From positions 5,712 to 69,711 of the forward strand of contig JABDBM010000006.1 of assembly GCA_013288685.1 (NCBI GenBank): 64,000 nt of DNA. Direction: 5' to 3'. The DNA comes from Bacteroidota bacterium (lineage in GTDB: Bacteria > Bacteroidota > Bacteroidia > Sphingobacteriales > Sphingobacteriaceae). The translations under genes were made by a program, and so were the position numbers. Position 1 is the stretch's first letter; each line of letters begins with the position of its first letter. The notes beneath the pieces are model-generated. The model did not search any database. It saw only the letters and a list, made by a program, of their open reading frames with translations, and was not told the DNA's origin. This document shows, piece by piece, positions 18,014 through 28,828 of this stretch.

Positions 18014-21000
18014 ATGAAGAAAAAACTACACATTCTTTTTGTGTTATCTTTCTGTTTTTCCTTTGCTTTTGCTCAAAGCAGGGTAATTAAAGGTAAGGTA
18101 ACAGATCAAAAGGACGGATTACCGTTGCCCGGGGTAACGGTATCCGTTAAGGGAGCACCATCAGCCGGTACCCAAACCGATTTGAACGGCCTTTATACCT
18201 TAACAGTCCCCGATGCGGCAAAGGCATTGGTATTTAGGTATATTGGGTATAAAGAGGCCGATTTGCCCATCACCGGTTCAACATTAAATGCATCGCTTGA
18301 GTATGATCCCAAGCAATTAACAGAAGTAGTGGTGGTTGGTTATGGTACTCAAAAACGTTCGAGTATTACGGGTGCCATTAGTTCGGTATCAGCTAAAGAT
18401 ATTGCTAATACACCAGTGACCACTTTTGAGCAGGCACTGCAAGGTAAAACAGCCGGTGTAAATATCCAGGCCAATAACGGTAAATTGGGGCAGGGTATCA
18501 GCATTAGGGTACGTGGTGTTGCCAGTATAAACGGCGATAACCAACCGCTGGTAGTAATGGATGGTATAGTTATAAGCCAGGATAATCTTTCGGGCCTAAC
18601 CGCTGCAACCGATCCTTTGGCCGATATTAACTTTAATGATATTGAGTCGTTCGAAGTTTTAAAAGATGCATCCGCTTCGGCTATTTATGGTTCGCGCGCA
18701 TCGGCAGGTGTTATATTAATCACCACCAAAAAAGGTAAAGCCGGTACAGCAAAGGTCGACCTTTCGGCCAGTTATGGTTTCAGCGGTCCATCAAGGCACC
18801 GCCAGTTTTTAAATACCACACAATGGCTTGCAATGGAAGAACGCGCTGCTGTAGGGGCCGCTCCATTTGATCAAGCGTCAGATCCGGCAGATTTTCCTAC
18901 AGTTGCCGATGCCCTGGCTGCTGATAAAGCATACGTCGAGGGCAAATTTACACAATACTCGGCCGGCAGTACCAACTGGACCGCAAATAATACTAATTGG
19001 GAAAAGCAAGCTTTTCAAACTGCGCCCCAGCAACAGTACGACCTGAATTTTTCGGGCGGAACTGACAAAACCACTTACTATTTTGGTGGGCAGGCTTTAA
19101 ACCAAACCGGTATATTAAAAGGGAACGCTTTTCAGCGTTACAGCGGCAGGGTTAATGTTGATTCGAAAATTTCAAAAATATTAGAGGTTGGAGCTAATCT
19201 GAATTTTGCGCATGTGTATAACGAGCGTTTGGCTAATGATGATGGGTTTAACACTCCGCTGCAAATAGTAGCTTTATCGCCCGTTACACCGGTAATTGAT
19301 CCGCGTTCGGGATTAATCAGCGGTACGCCTCCAGGCTCAAGCAGCAGCTTCCCGGTTTATTATAACCCGCTTATCAGCGTTGGTAACGAGTATACGCATA
19401 CCAATATTTACCATACCATCGGTACAATGTTTGGCAATTTGCAAATTATTAAAAACCTAACCTGGCATTCGGATTTTGGTATCGACCAAACTAACCAAAA
19501 CGAGGATAGCTATGCCAACAGCCTAACCTACCGTAATACCAGTACAAAAACAGGTTCGGGGACTAATGCCGAGGCCATTCAGGTACATTTTACAACCAAC
19601 CACTACTTAACCTATAAAAGCACCATAGGAACCAAAAGCACGTTGGATGCAACAGGTGGTTTTAGTTATGAAAATAACCACTTCACCAACAACAGCGTTT
19701 CGGGCCAGCAATTTCCGTCTGATGCATACAGGACTATAGCATCTGCCGCGTTAATTAATGCCGGTACCTCTACACAAAGTGCAGGTGTGCTGGTATCTTA
19801 TTTTGGAAGAGCGAATTATGCTTATGATAATAAATACCTGCTTTCTGTAAGTGCCAGAACTGACGGTTCTTCAAATTTTGGTGCCAATAACAGGTATGGT
19901 TATTTCCCGGCGGGTTCAATAGGTTGGGTACTTAGCCAGGAAAATTTCTTAAAAAGTTTCCAATCACTAAGCAACCTTAAACTTAGGGTAAGTTATGGTT
20001 TAACCGGCGATGCCGGTAAAGATTACTATCGCCCGTTGGGTTTATTTACAGGTACTGCCGGCTATAACGGCGTTGCTGGTCAGCGTTATTCGCAAATAGG
20101 CAATCCCAATTTAAAATGGGAAAAAACTTTGCAAACTGATATTGGTTTGGATTGGGGCTTTTTCAACAACCGTTTATCCGGAAGTTTAGACTACTATAAC
20201 AAAAGTGTTGACGGTATGCTTTTAGATGTTAATATTCCTGAAACTACCGGTATTGCTTTCCAGCGTCAAAACTTAGGTAAAATGTACAACCGCGGTTTCG
20301 AAGCATTGATAACATCCGAAAACTTTGTTGGTAAATTTAAATGGAGCACTAGCTTTAACGTGGCCTACAACAAAAATAAAGTAACTTATTTAGATGGTCA
20401 GCAAATTAAAGGCCTTGGCGATTTAAACTATGTTATAGAAGGCCAGCAAATTGGCGTTTTTTATGGTCGCGAGTACGCAGGTGTTAACCCGGCAAACGGC
20501 GATGCCTTGTATTACCTAAATACTAAAAACAGCGATGGTACTTTAAATAAAGGCACTACCAACGATTTTAATGCTGCGCAAAACACCGTATTAGGAAATG
20601 CCCAGCCTAACATTACAGGTGGTATTACCAATAATTTTTCATTTAAAGGCTTTGACCTTTCGTTCTCTTTCTACGGTTCATTTGGCAACAAAATTTATAA
20701 CGGCGGTGGCCAGTACATGAGCGCTGAGGCCAGCAATGGATTTGATAACCAAACTATCGATCAGTTAAACTATTGGAATAAACCTGGCGATATTACCAAT
20801 ATTCCGGAACCAAGGTTGTTTTATGCAAACGGCACGGGCGCATCAAGCAGATACCTGGAGACTGGTAACTATATCCGTTTGAAACAAGCTACTTTTGGTT
20901 ATACTTTTCCAAAAGCACTGCTTTCAAAAGTTGGGATCGACAAGCTGAGGATTTATGTGAACGGTAGTAATCTGTTCCTGATTACCAAATACAAAGGATG

Positions 21001-21112
21001 GGATCCTGAAGTAAGTTCCGACTTCCTGTCTGATAACATTACCATGAGTAATGATTTTTACTCAGCGCCTCAGCCACGCACCATTGTTTTTGGACTAAAT
21101 GTTGGATTCTAA
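18014..21112 (+). CDS. susC: SusC/RagA-family TonB-dependent receptor
   Basis: EVVVVGYG, PLVVMDG, DIESFEVLKDASASAIYGSRA..GVILITTKKG and NPNLKWE motifs; C-terminal F. Confidence 0.97.
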   Translation: MKKKLHILFVLSFCFSFAFAQSRVIKGKVTDQKDGLPLPGVTVSVKGAPSAGTQTDLNGLYTLTVPDAAKALVFRYIGYKEADLPITGSTLNASLEYDPKQLTEVVVVGYGTQKRSSITGAISSVSAKDIANTPVTTFEQALQGKTAGVNIQANNGKLGQGISIRVRGVASINGDNQPLVVMDGIVISQDNLSGLTAATDPLADINFNDIESFEVLKDASASAIYGSRASAGVILITTKKGKAGTAKVDLSASYGFSGPSRHRQFLNTTQWLAMEERAAVGAAPFDQASDPADFPTVADALAADKAYVEGKFTQYSAGSTNWTANNTNWEKQAFQTAPQQQYDLNFSGGTDKTTYYFGGQALNQTGILKGNAFQRYSGRVNVDSKISKILEVGANLNFAHVYNERLANDDGFNTPLQIVALSPVTPVIDPRSGLISGTPPGSSSSFPVYYNPLISVGNEYTHTNIYHTIGTMFGNLQIIKNLTWHSDFGIDQTNQNEDSYANSLTYRNTSTKTGSGTNAEAIQVHFTTNHYLTYKSTIGTKSTLDATGGFSYENNHFTNNSVSGQQFPSDAYRTIASAALINAGTSTQSAGVLVSYFGRANYAYDNKYLLSVSARTDGSSNFGANNRYGYFPAGSIGWVLSQENFLKSFQSLSNLKLRVSYGLTGDAGKDYYRPLGLFTGTAGYNGVAGQRYSQIGNPNLKWEKTLQTDIGLDWGFFNNRLSGSLDYYNKSVDGMLLDVNIPETTGIAFQRQNLGKMYNRGFEALITSENFVGKFKWSTSFNVAYNKNKVTYLDGQQIKGLGDLNYVIEGQQIGVFYGREYAGVNPANGDALYYLNTKNSDGTLNKGTTNDFNAAQNTVLGNAQPNITGGITNNFSFKGFDLSFSFYGSFGNKIYNGGGQYMSAEASNGFDNQTIDQLNYWNKPGDITNIPEPRLFYANGTGASSRYLETGNYIRLKQATFGYTFPKALLSKVGIDKLRIYVNGSNLFLITKYKGWDPEVSSDFLSDNITMSNDFYSAPQPRTIVFGLNVGF

Positions 21113-21128
21113 TTTAAATAGTAAGACA

Positions 21129-22517
21129 ATGAAAAGATATAATAAAATATACATAACAGCTCTGAGTACGTTATTAATACTTAGCGCGTGTAACAAACAA
21201 CTTGATCAAAAGCCATATCAATCGATCGATCAAGCTTCGGCTATACTAACGGCGCAGGACGTGCAGGTAACATTGGTAGGTGCCTACAACCGCGCGGTAT
21301 TAGCAGATTTATATGGCGGCGGCGTGTACATATACGCAGATATGATGGCTTCGCAGACAGTTTACGACTGGAGGGGAACTTTCCAAACCCAAACAGATAT
21401 GGTTAACCAAGCCATTACTATCGATAACGGAAGCGTTAACGGCACCTGGTACGATGGTTACCAGGTAATTAATGCAACAAACAACGTGCTGGCCAACCTA
21501 AGCAAGGCGGGCAGTGCTGCGGCCCGGTCAGAAGGTGAAGCTAAATTTTTGAGAGGCATGACTTATTTCGACCTTGCCAGGTTATTTGGCCGCGACTGGA
21601 ATGACGGCGACCCTGCCAGTAATCTGGCTGTGCCTATTATTTTAACGCCTACTACTTCGGTAACTAACGACTCATACGTAAAAAGAGCAACGGTTGCAGC
21701 TGTTTACGCGCAGGCAATTTCTGATTTAAAAGATGCCGAAGCTAAACTGCCCGCAAGCAATACCTTTTACGCTAATAAATATTCGGCAGCCGCTATTTTG
21801 GCCCGTTTGTACCTGCAAAAGGGTGACTATCAAAATGCCATTATCGAAGCCTCGAACGTGATCAGTTCTGGTGCATTCCAACTGAACGCCAACTACGCCG
21901 ATGAATTTCCTTACCCTGGTCAGATACATTCTGACAATACATCTGAAGATATATTTATGATGCAGGTTACCCCGCAACAAGGATTTAACACAATGAACGA
22001 ATTCTATGCATCTGCTGATAATGCAGGCCGTGGCGATATCGTTATTAAAGACAGCTTTGTTGCTGGCTTTGAAAAAGATGATCTCAGGCGTGGGATTTAC
22101 CAACCCGACAGTGATGGTAACTTGCGCGTTGACAAGTTTGATAACGTTGACGGTAACGTGCATATTATCCGCTTAGCCGAGCTTTACCTTATCCGTGCCG
22201 AAGCAAGTTTGCGTTTAGGCCAATCGGGCGGCCCTCTGAGTATGGTCCATGACGATATCAAATTAATCAGGGATCGCGCCGGTCTTCCTGAAAAGACCAC
22301 AGTAACTATTGATGATGTAATGAGCGAGCGGGTACATGAATTGGCTTTTGAAGGCGGTTTCTTTTTGTACGATGCAAAAAGAACATCAACTGCAGCTAAC
22401 CAGGTTAGCGTAGGCGCTTTGACGGCGTTCTCTCCAAAACTGGTATTCCCTATACCGCAAATTGAGTTAAATGCCAACAAAAACCTGGTACAAAACCCAG
22501 GTTACGGTACAAACTAA
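21129..22517 (+). CDS. susD: SusD/RagB-family lipoprotein
   Basis: Lipobox LSAC; EAKFLRG..YFDL, AAAILARLYL, IRLAELYLIRAEA, ERVHELAFEG and FPIP..E...N.NL.QNPGY. Confidence 0.95.
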   Translation: MKRYNKIYITALSTLLILSACNKQLDQKPYQSIDQASAILTAQDVQVTLVGAYNRAVLADLYGGGVYIYADMMASQTVYDWRGTFQTQTDMVNQAITIDNGSVNGTWYDGYQVINATNNVLANLSKAGSAAARSEGEAKFLRGMTYFDLARLFGRDWNDGDPASNLAVPIILTPTTSVTNDSYVKRATVAAVYAQAISDLKDAEAKLPASNTFYANKYSAAAILARLYLQKGDYQNAIIEASNVISSGAFQLNANYADEFPYPGQIHSDNTSEDIFMMQVTPQQGFNTMNEFYASADNAGRGDIVIKDSFVAGFEKDDLRRGIYQPDSDGNLRVDKFDNVDGNVHIIRLAELYLIRAEASLRLGQSGGPLSMVHDDIKLIRDRAGLPEKTTVTIDDVMSERVHELAFEGGFFLYDAKRTSTAANQVSVGALTAFSPKLVFPIPQIELNANKNLVQNPGYGTN

Positions 22518-22542
22518 TTAGCAAAATTTAAGTTTTAAATAC

Positions 22543-22576
22543 AAAACCGGGGCAGTTTGGCTGTCCCGGTTTTTTT
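22543..22576 (+). terminator. Rho-independent terminator after susD
   Basis: aaaaccggggcag-tttgg-ctgtcccggttttttt. Confidence 0.8.
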
Positions 22577-22630
22577 ATGCCTTTTAATGTAGCTTTTTAC
22601 TACTTTAGTAACCTTAACATTTAACCCCGG

Positions 22631-23587
22631 ATGAGATTTAAACTTTTAACCTTATTGATGTGCCTGCTATGCACTGCCGGTGCGTTTGCGCAATCACATA
22701 GCCAGGAATTTGGTATACAAACGGATAACGATTCATACCTGGGCCAGGGCTCGGACAGGTATTATACAGATGGCATCTTCTTTTATTACCGCCATGCGCT
22801 TGATGTTAACGGCAACACCCAATTAGCCAACAAAGTATTAGGTTTTGAGTTGGGGCAAAAGATATTTAACCCCCAATCGGGCTTTGTACCCGGACCTCAA
22901 TACGTCGACAGGCCATTTGCCGGCTACTTATACGTGGGTTCCACATTAAACTTTTTGTATAAAAACGAAAGTAATTTAAAACTGAGCGCACAATTGGCAA
23001 CAACAGGCCCCGCATCGGGCGCCGAAAAACTGCAAACCTGGGTGCACAAAAACTTCGGCTTTTATACCCCGGGCGGCTGGCAATACCAGATAAAAAATGA
23101 TGCTGAACTTAACCTTTCGGCCGAATATAACCGCCTGATTGCACGTGGGAGTTGGATAGATGTTTCATTGGCCAGTTATGCAAACCTGGGCAATGGCTTT
23201 ACCGGCGCCGGGGCAGGCGCACTAATCAGGATAGGTTCATTTAACCAACTGTTCAATTCGGTAAGCACGCAAAGTACCGCCAGCAAAACCAGTTACACCG
23301 GATCTTTGCACCCCCATGAGTTATTCTTTTACTATAAACCAATGTTTAATTACGTGGCCTACGATGCCACCATACAGGGCGGCCTGTTCGATAACCATAA
23401 CGACCCCAACAGCCAGGAAATAGCATTAGACAGGGAGCCTTTTATATTTAGTCAGCAAGCCGGCGTAGCCTTTAGCACCAATCGTTTTGTTTTTGATGTT
23501 GCTGCTATTTTCCATACCAAAGATGTTAAAGAAATGGTACAATCGCATCAATGGGGTAGCGTAACAGGGATTTATAGGTTTAAGTAG
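22631..23587 (+). CDS. Lipid A 3'-O-deacylase LpxR family (DUF2219) outer-membrane protein
   Basis: TDNDSY, DRYYTDG, GQKIFNP, DRPFAGYL, GPASGAE.LQ..H and GWQYQI motifs. Confidence 0.88.
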   Translation: MRFKLLTLLMCLLCTAGAFAQSHSQEFGIQTDNDSYLGQGSDRYYTDGIFFYYRHALDVNGNTQLANKVLGFELGQKIFNPQSGFVPGPQYVDRPFAGYLYVGSTLNFLYKNESNLKLSAQLATTGPASGAEKLQTWVHKNFGFYTPGGWQYQIKNDAELNLSAEYNRLIARGSWIDVSLASYANLGNGFTGAGAGALIRIGSFNQLFNSVSTQSTASKTSYTGSLHPHELFFYYKPMFNYVAYDATIQGGLFDNHNDPNSQEIALDREPFIFSQQAGVAFSTNRFVFDVAAIFHTKDVKEMVQSHQWGSVTGIYRFK

Positions 23588-23660
23588 AGAGATAAGAGAT
23601 TGGAGATAAGAGGTTAGATCAGGATGTCTTCTTAACTAATCTCTAAACTCCAACATCTAA
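23587..23660. repeat. Inverted degenerate gagattag/ctaatctc tandem array between convergent genes
   Basis: agagataagagattggagataagaggttag ... ctaatctctaaactccaacatctaatctc. Confidence 0.6.
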
Positions 23661-24073
23661 TCTCCCTCCCCAAACTTCCCTTTCCGGTTTTCTTTCTTCG
23701 CCGAATTTATTCGCTTTTGCGCTACGCGGGCAGCTTTGGCGGCCTTACTAACCTTTATGGCTTTGCGCACCTTAGGTACGTGCAACGCGCGGGTTAAAAG
23801 CAAAACCAGCCTTTCTACAGCTTTTTCTTTGTTCAGGTACTGACTGCGTTCTTCATCGCAAATTATCTGCACCAACCCGTCTTTATTAAAGCGCGATTGC
23901 AATTTATCATTTAACAAGGCTTTTTCTTCGTCGGTAAAAAGCACCGAATGGCTGATTGAAAACAGCAGTTCAACCTTGCTTGACACTTTATTTACATTTT
24001 GCCCGCCCTTACCACCACTACGCGATGTTTTATAGGTGATTTCTTTTTGAAGGTCGGTTTTTGAGAAATTCAT
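23657..24073 (-). CDS. arfB: Alternative ribosome-rescue peptidyl-tRNA hydrolase ArfB (YaeJ)
   Basis: SRSGGKGGQNVNKVSSKVEL, RSQYLN and a basic C-terminal tail. Confidence 0.93.
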   Translation of the reverse strand: MNFSKTDLQKEITYKTSRSGGKGGQNVNKVSSKVELLFSISHSVLFTDEEKALLNDKLQSRFNKDGLVQIICDEERSQYLNKEKAVERLVLLLTRALHVPKVRKAIKVSKAAKAARVAQKRINSAKKENRKGKFGEGD

Positions 24074-24083
24074 AGTGCGAATT

Positions 24084-24197
24084 TAAGTTGATTAAGTTAG
24101 ATTAAGTTGGATTGCGTTGATTAAGTTGGATTGAGTTATCCAAACGGAGTCAAACAATCCAACTTAATCAACCACTCACTTAATCAACTAATCAACA
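24084..24197. repeat. Inverted 8-9-bp tandem array (aagttgatt / aatcaactt) between divergent genes
   Basis: aagttgattaagttagattaagttggattgcgttgattaagttggattgagtt ... aatccaacttaatcaaccactcacttaatcaactaatcaac. Confidence 0.75.
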
Positions 24198-24218
24198 AAA
24201 TCCTTAATTTCGCACCCA

Positions 24219-24890
24219 ATGAATAACCAGATCATCGTGGCCATTGATGGCTATTCTTCGTGCGGAAAAAGTACGCTGGCTAAGGCCCTTGCTAAAAAAC
24301 TTCATTTTATTTATGTAGATAGTGGCGCCATGTACCGTGCTGTAGCCCTGTATTTTTTACGACATAAAATAGATCTGAAAGATCACGATAAAATTGCCGA
24401 AGCATTAAAAAATATTCATCTAAACTTTCATTCGCGCGATTATGAAACGCATATCACTTTAAATGGCGAAGAGGTATCGGAAGAAATACGACAGATGCAT
24501 GTGGCCGAAAGTGTGAGTGCCGTAGCTGCTATTCGCGAAGTACGCCTGGAGATGGTAAAGCAGCAACAACGTATGGGCCAAACAAAAAGCATTGTAATGG
24601 ATGGCAGGGACATTGGCACCGCCGTATTCCCGGATGCTACTGTTAAGTTTTTTATGACGGCCGACCCTAAAATCCGCGCCGAACGGCGTTACAAAGAGTT
24701 GCTGCCTAAAAACCCGCAAATTACCCTTGAAGAAGTGTTTGAAAACCTGGCTCACCGCGATTATCAGGATACCACCCGAATTGAAAGCCCGCTGGTAAGG
24801 GCTGATGATGCAATTATATTAGATAATACGGATTTGACGCCCGGCGAACAGCTGTTATTTGCATTAAGCAGAGTGGAACCGTTTTTGTGA
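24219..24890 (+). CDS. cmk: Cytidylate kinase
   Basis: AIDGYSSCGKST P-loop, DSGAMYR, VMDGRDIGT.VFPDA and RD..D..R..SPL. Confidence 0.96.
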   Translation: MNNQIIVAIDGYSSCGKSTLAKALAKKLHFIYVDSGAMYRAVALYFLRHKIDLKDHDKIAEALKNIHLNFHSRDYETHITLNGEEVSEEIRQMHVAESVSAVAAIREVRLEMVKQQQRMGQTKSIVMDGRDIGTAVFPDATVKFFMTADPKIRAERRYKELLPKNPQITLEEVFENLAHRDYQDTTRIESPLVRADDAIILDNTDLTPGEQLLFALSRVEPFL

Positions 24891-24909
24891 TTTCGGAATT
24901 TTAAAAAAA

Positions 24910-25042
24910 TGTCATTTCGAACGCGGTGAGAAAACTTTACAAACCTACCCGAACGCCATGCATAGATAATTTGCATTGTTCATTCGCCCCGCATAGTTCG
25001 ATTGCGTGGCGTAAAAGTTTTCTCACTGCGTTAAAAAGGACA
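24910..25042. repeat. Degenerate GTCAT-type REP-like inverted repeat
   Basis: tgtcatttcgaacgcggtgagaaaactttac ... gtaaaagttttctcactgcgttaaaaaggaca. Confidence 0.6.
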
Positions 25043-25081
25043 TCAAGGGGCGGGGTTTTTCTAAATCGCCATAATGCCCAC

Positions 25082-25534
25082 CTAAACAAACCGCATCGCG
25101 GTAACGCCAAATCTATTTAAAAAATCAACCCCCTCATCACTGATCAGACCCTTATAAGCAGCATACGATTTATCGAAATAAACCTTTTTAACCCCTGCTG
25201 AATAGATAAGTCTGGCGCAAGGTAAACATGGCGATAGAGTAGTATACAAGGTTGCCCCCTCCAGATTCGCACCATTTTTAACGGCATACAATATAGCGTT
25301 CTCCTCAGCATGTAAAGCAAGTGAACAACTTCCCTTAGAATCGCGCGGACAGCCGGTCAACGGCCATTCTACGTCGCAATTATGTGTATGCGCCGGTGGT
25401 CCGTTATAGCCTATGGAAATGATACGGGTATCTTTTGTTAATACAGCGCCTACCTGTGCTTTAACACAATGCGAGCGCTTGGCCAAATCATTAGCCAGGT
25501 TCATAAATATTTGGTCGAAGGTGAGTTTAGTCAT
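25082..25534 (-). CDS. dCMP deaminase (ComEB family)
   Basis: RSHC...VGAV, GYNGPP, HAEENA and SPCLPC Zn motifs. Confidence 0.93.
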   Translation of the reverse strand: MTKLTFDQIFMNLANDLAKRSHCVKAQVGAVLTKDTRIISIGYNGPPAHTHNCDVEWPLTGCPRDSKGSCSLALHAEENAILYAVKNGANLEGATLYTTLSPCLPCARLIYSAGVKKVYFDKSYAAYKGLISDEGVDFLNRFGVTAMRFV

Positions 25535-25666
25535 TGGGTCATTAAGTCATTAAGTCATTGGGTCATTAAGTCAGTTTGACTAATACGTGATTGGGTCATT
25601 AAATCAAATGATATCGGCAATTATAGGTGCCAACCAATGACTTAATGACCCAATGACTTAATGACA
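25530..25666. repeat. Inverted 8-bp tandem array (gtcattaa/gtcattgg vs ttaatgac/ccaatgac)
   Basis: About five direct units at 25530-25573, with inverted units at 25634-25666. Confidence 0.8.
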
Positions 25667-25671
25667 AAAAA

Positions 25672-27306
25672 TTAGTGCCCGCCGGAAGCAGTAACGTGAT
25701 CAAGGTCGATACCCTGAGCTATCAGTTCCCTGCTTACTTTCCAGGCGAAATAGGCCAGATAGGCAAAGCCGATAGCCGGTACAATGTACGAGAAGTGCAA
25801 CCCACTCATGCCCGGTATAACATTATTGGCACCATCGGCAATTTTGCCTTGTAATGGAGGGATAATTGAACCACCCAAAATCATCATAATTAAAAATGCC
25901 GAACCCTGGCTGGTATATTTGCCCAGGCCGGTAATTGACAGCGAGAAAATAGAAGGCCACATAATTGAGCAGCATAAACCACCGCTAATAAATGCAAAGG
26001 TTGCTACGCTGCCGTGGGTGCAAAGGCCTATTAACATGCATATTACGCCTGCTATGCCTAATACAGTTAAGGTGCGGGTAGGCTTTTGCTTGCCGATAAA
26101 GAATGCTACGATAAGTAAAGCTACAGAAATTGCATAAATGTAAAGCTTACTTACATCAACACCAGTAGAGGCATTTACCAATAACACAATACCAAATGCT
26201 ACGAACGGTATAATGATGTACAAAATATTTTTGGTAGATTTTGACAAGTTAAAGGCGCCTATTGAACCGGCAAAGCGGCCAATCATTAAACTACCCCAAT
26301 ACAGGGATATATATGGTGCAATATCCGATTCCTGGAATGAACCAAACTCAGGCGTTTTTAGTAACGAACCCAAATTGCTTTGGATAGTAACCTCGGTACC
26401 TACGTAGGTAAATATGGCCAGCATACCCAATATCAATTGGGGATACTGCATGGCGCCCCAGCCTTCTGTACTCTTTTTAGCGGCTAAAATGGTACCTACA
26501 AGTGTAAATACAATGATAGCTAAAGATGCATAAACAAAATATTGACTGGGTATGCCTACCGCTTTACTTAAAGGATCGGCCGCCAATATTAACAGGAATG
26601 CCAAAAACATAATTAACAGCGGCGTATTGGCTTTCGTGCTCGATTCAATTTTTTCGTCGCTGGTAACCTTTGGTAGTTTCGAGAACCAAAAGAATAGGGC
26701 TACAGCTAAAAACAAACCTGCAAGCATATAATAAAGGTTATTTACCGATGATATTTGAACGTCTTTCGCTTCAATTTTAGCAGTTGCCGATCCGAATAAA
26801 ACCACACCTACCACTACAGGGCCTAATAAAGCACCGATGTTATTGATACTGCCGGCAAAGTTTAACCGGTTGGAGCCGGTCTCGGGTTCACCTAACGCAA
26901 CAACAAATGGGTTTGCCGCCGTTTGTTGTAAAGAAAAACCAATGGCGATAATAAAGAAAACGGCTAATATAAAACCAAATGAACCCGATGCAACTGCCGG
27001 AATCATACCCAGGGCGCCAGCTGCCGAGATAACCAAACCTAAAATGATACCATTTTTATAGCCCAGTTTGTTCATAATATCAACCTTACTGGCCTGTGAT
27101 GCAAAATAGAGTATCAGCGAACCAATAAAATAGCCACCATAAAATGTAAAGTCAATCAACTGCGACTCGAATTGAGTTAAGTGAAAATGAACTTTACAGA
27201 AAGGTATAAATACACCATTAGAGGCTGCTAAAAAGCCCCAGAAGAAAAATACGGTGATGATGGTGTACAACGCGGTGCCGTAACTTTTTGATTTGTTTTG
27301 TTCCAT
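25672..27306 (-). CDS. MFS sugar permease (FucP/glucose-galactose family)
   Basis: [26 protein letters not shown] and [10 protein letters not shown]. Confidence 0.9.
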   Translation of the reverse strand: MEQNKSKSYGTALYTIITVFFFWGFLAASNGVFIPFCKVHFHLTQFESQLIDFTFYGGYFIGSLILYFASQASKVDIMNKLGYKNGIILGLVISAAGALGMIPAVASGSFGFILAVFFIIAIGFSLQQTAANPFVVALGEPETGSNRLNFAGSINNIGALLGPVVVGVVLFGSATAKIEAKDVQISSVNNLYYMLAGLFLAVALFFWFSKLPKVTSDEKIESSTKANTPLLIMFLAFLLILAADPLSKAVGIPSQYFVYASLAIIVFTLVGTILAAKKSTEGWGAMQYPQLILGMLAIFTYVGTEVTIQSNLGSLLKTPEFGSFQESDIAPYISLYWGSLMIGRFAGSIGAFNLSKSTKNILYIIIPFVAFGIVLLVNASTGVDVSKLYIYAISVALLIVAFFIGKQKPTRTLTVLGIAGVICMLIGLCTHGSVATFAFISGGLCCSIMWPSIFSLSITGLGKYTSQGSAFLIMMILGGSIIPPLQGKIADGANNVIPGMSGLHFSYIVPAIGFAYLAYFAWKVSRELIAQGIDLDHVTASGGH

Positions 27307-27352
27307 TTAATTTAGTTTAAAAATAGTAAGTGCATTAATTTTGTGTTTATCA

Positions 27353-28639
27353 TCAGTTTTTTGTTTTGGCGCTTAGGCCAATTGAATGTCCAACGGTTGC
27401 ATAAAATAGCAGGAAAGCATAAATTGGCAATAATATCAAATAGGCCGTCCGGTTTGATGACTGACCAACAAGGTAGCCATAAAATGGCGGTATAACGGCT
27501 GCCCCGGCAATTCCCATTACCAGCAGCGAAGATCCTAATTTGGTAAACTTGCCCAAACCGGCTAATGCCAGTGGCCAAATAGCAGGCCACATTAATGAGT
27601 TGGCCAGGCCTAACAAGGCAATAAACATAACAGATATGATGCCCGTAGTACTAATAGCCGCTACCGAAAATAGCAGCCCCAATATGGCCGACACAACTAA
27701 TGCCTTTTGCTGCGAAATATATTTGGGTATGGTAATAATGCCAATAAGATAGCCAACTATCATAAATGCCAATGTGCAGGACGTGAAAAACCTTGCTGTA
27801 GACAAGGCTATTTTTAAGGACGTACCGTAAAGGATAATACTATCGCCAGCAAGTACCTCAGCTCCCACGTACAGAAATAATGCTATTACCCCCAAAAGCA
27901 AATGCGGAAACTGAAAAATACTGGTTTTAGCACCAGGCTTTACGGTATTTGTTGCATCATCTTCCGCATCATTAATTTCGGGTAAGCCTGAGTAAAATAT
28001 GAATATGCTTAATAAAACCAGGGCAACTACAATAATTGAATAAGGCAATATTACCCGCGATGCAAGAGCGTTCAGTTCGGCAGCTTTTTCAACTGCGTTC
28101 ATTGTTGCTATTTTCTTCGTTAACGCGTCGGCGCCTTCCAACACTATTGCCCCAAGTATCAAAGGGGCAATAACACCAGCCACCTTGTTAAATATGCCCA
28201 TTATGCTAATCCGCTTTGCCGCGCTTTCGGCTGGCCCCAAAATAGTGATATAAGGGTTGGATGCCGACTGCAAAATAGCCAGGCCTGTACCTTGTACAAA
28301 CAAGCCGGTTAAAAATACCCAATATTGCCGCGTTAATGCTGCAGGTATAAAAATGAGCGCACCTGCGCCAATAATCAACAAACCAACGGCCATACCTTTT
28401 TTAAAACCCATCAACCGCAATACAACGCTGGATGGCCAGGCCATTACCAAATAGGCAATATAAAAAGCCGTAGTAACCAAATAAGCTTCGAAATTATTGA
28501 GCTGGCATGCTATTTTTAAATATGGTATCAGCACGCCATTTAGCCAGGTGATGAATCCGAAAATAAAAAAAAGCACCCCAACAATAATAATGGGGTTCCC
28601 TTTTTTAACCGGGGATGCTGTGGTTGAAGCTGATGCCAT
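27353..28639 (-). CDS. MFS sugar permease (glucose/galactose or GlcNAc transporter, FucP family)
   Basis: FFIFGFITWLNG.LIP, LQSASNPY..LGP.ESAA.R and LFLYVGAEV. Confidence 0.9.
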   Translation of the reverse strand: MASASTTASPVKKGNPIIIVGVLFFIFGFITWLNGVLIPYLKIACQLNNFEAYLVTTAFYIAYLVMAWPSSVVLRLMGFKKGMAVGLLIIGAGALIFIPAALTRQYWVFLTGLFVQGTGLAILQSASNPYITILGPAESAAKRISIMGIFNKVAGVIAPLILGAIVLEGADALTKKIATMNAVEKAAELNALASRVILPYSIIVVALVLLSIFIFYSGLPEINDAEDDATNTVKPGAKTSIFQFPHLLLGVIALFLYVGAEVLAGDSIILYGTSLKIALSTARFFTSCTLAFMIVGYLIGIITIPKYISQQKALVVSAILGLLFSVAAISTTGIISVMFIALLGLANSLMWPAIWPLALAGLGKFTKLGSSLLVMGIAGAAVIPPFYGYLVGQSSNRTAYLILLPIYAFLLFYATVGHSIGLSAKTKN

Positions 28640-28828
28640 TTGTAATGATCTGTTTTTAATTGTGCTGTTTGGTGCAAACAGGGTTTAAAAAGCACTAAAA
28701 CTAACTATTTTTTATAATTCTGTCATATTTTTAATTAATTAATCACAATTTTAAGTTTGGTTGTTTATCAGAATAAATCGCATATTCGTGTCCTGTTTAT
28801 TAATTGAACGGAAAATTAGCCTACATTA

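Noticed and set aside
24084-25666. Regular short repeats as a possible CRISPR array
   Set aside because: Units are 8-9 bp, degenerate and contiguous with no unique spacers, and there are no cas genes in the window.
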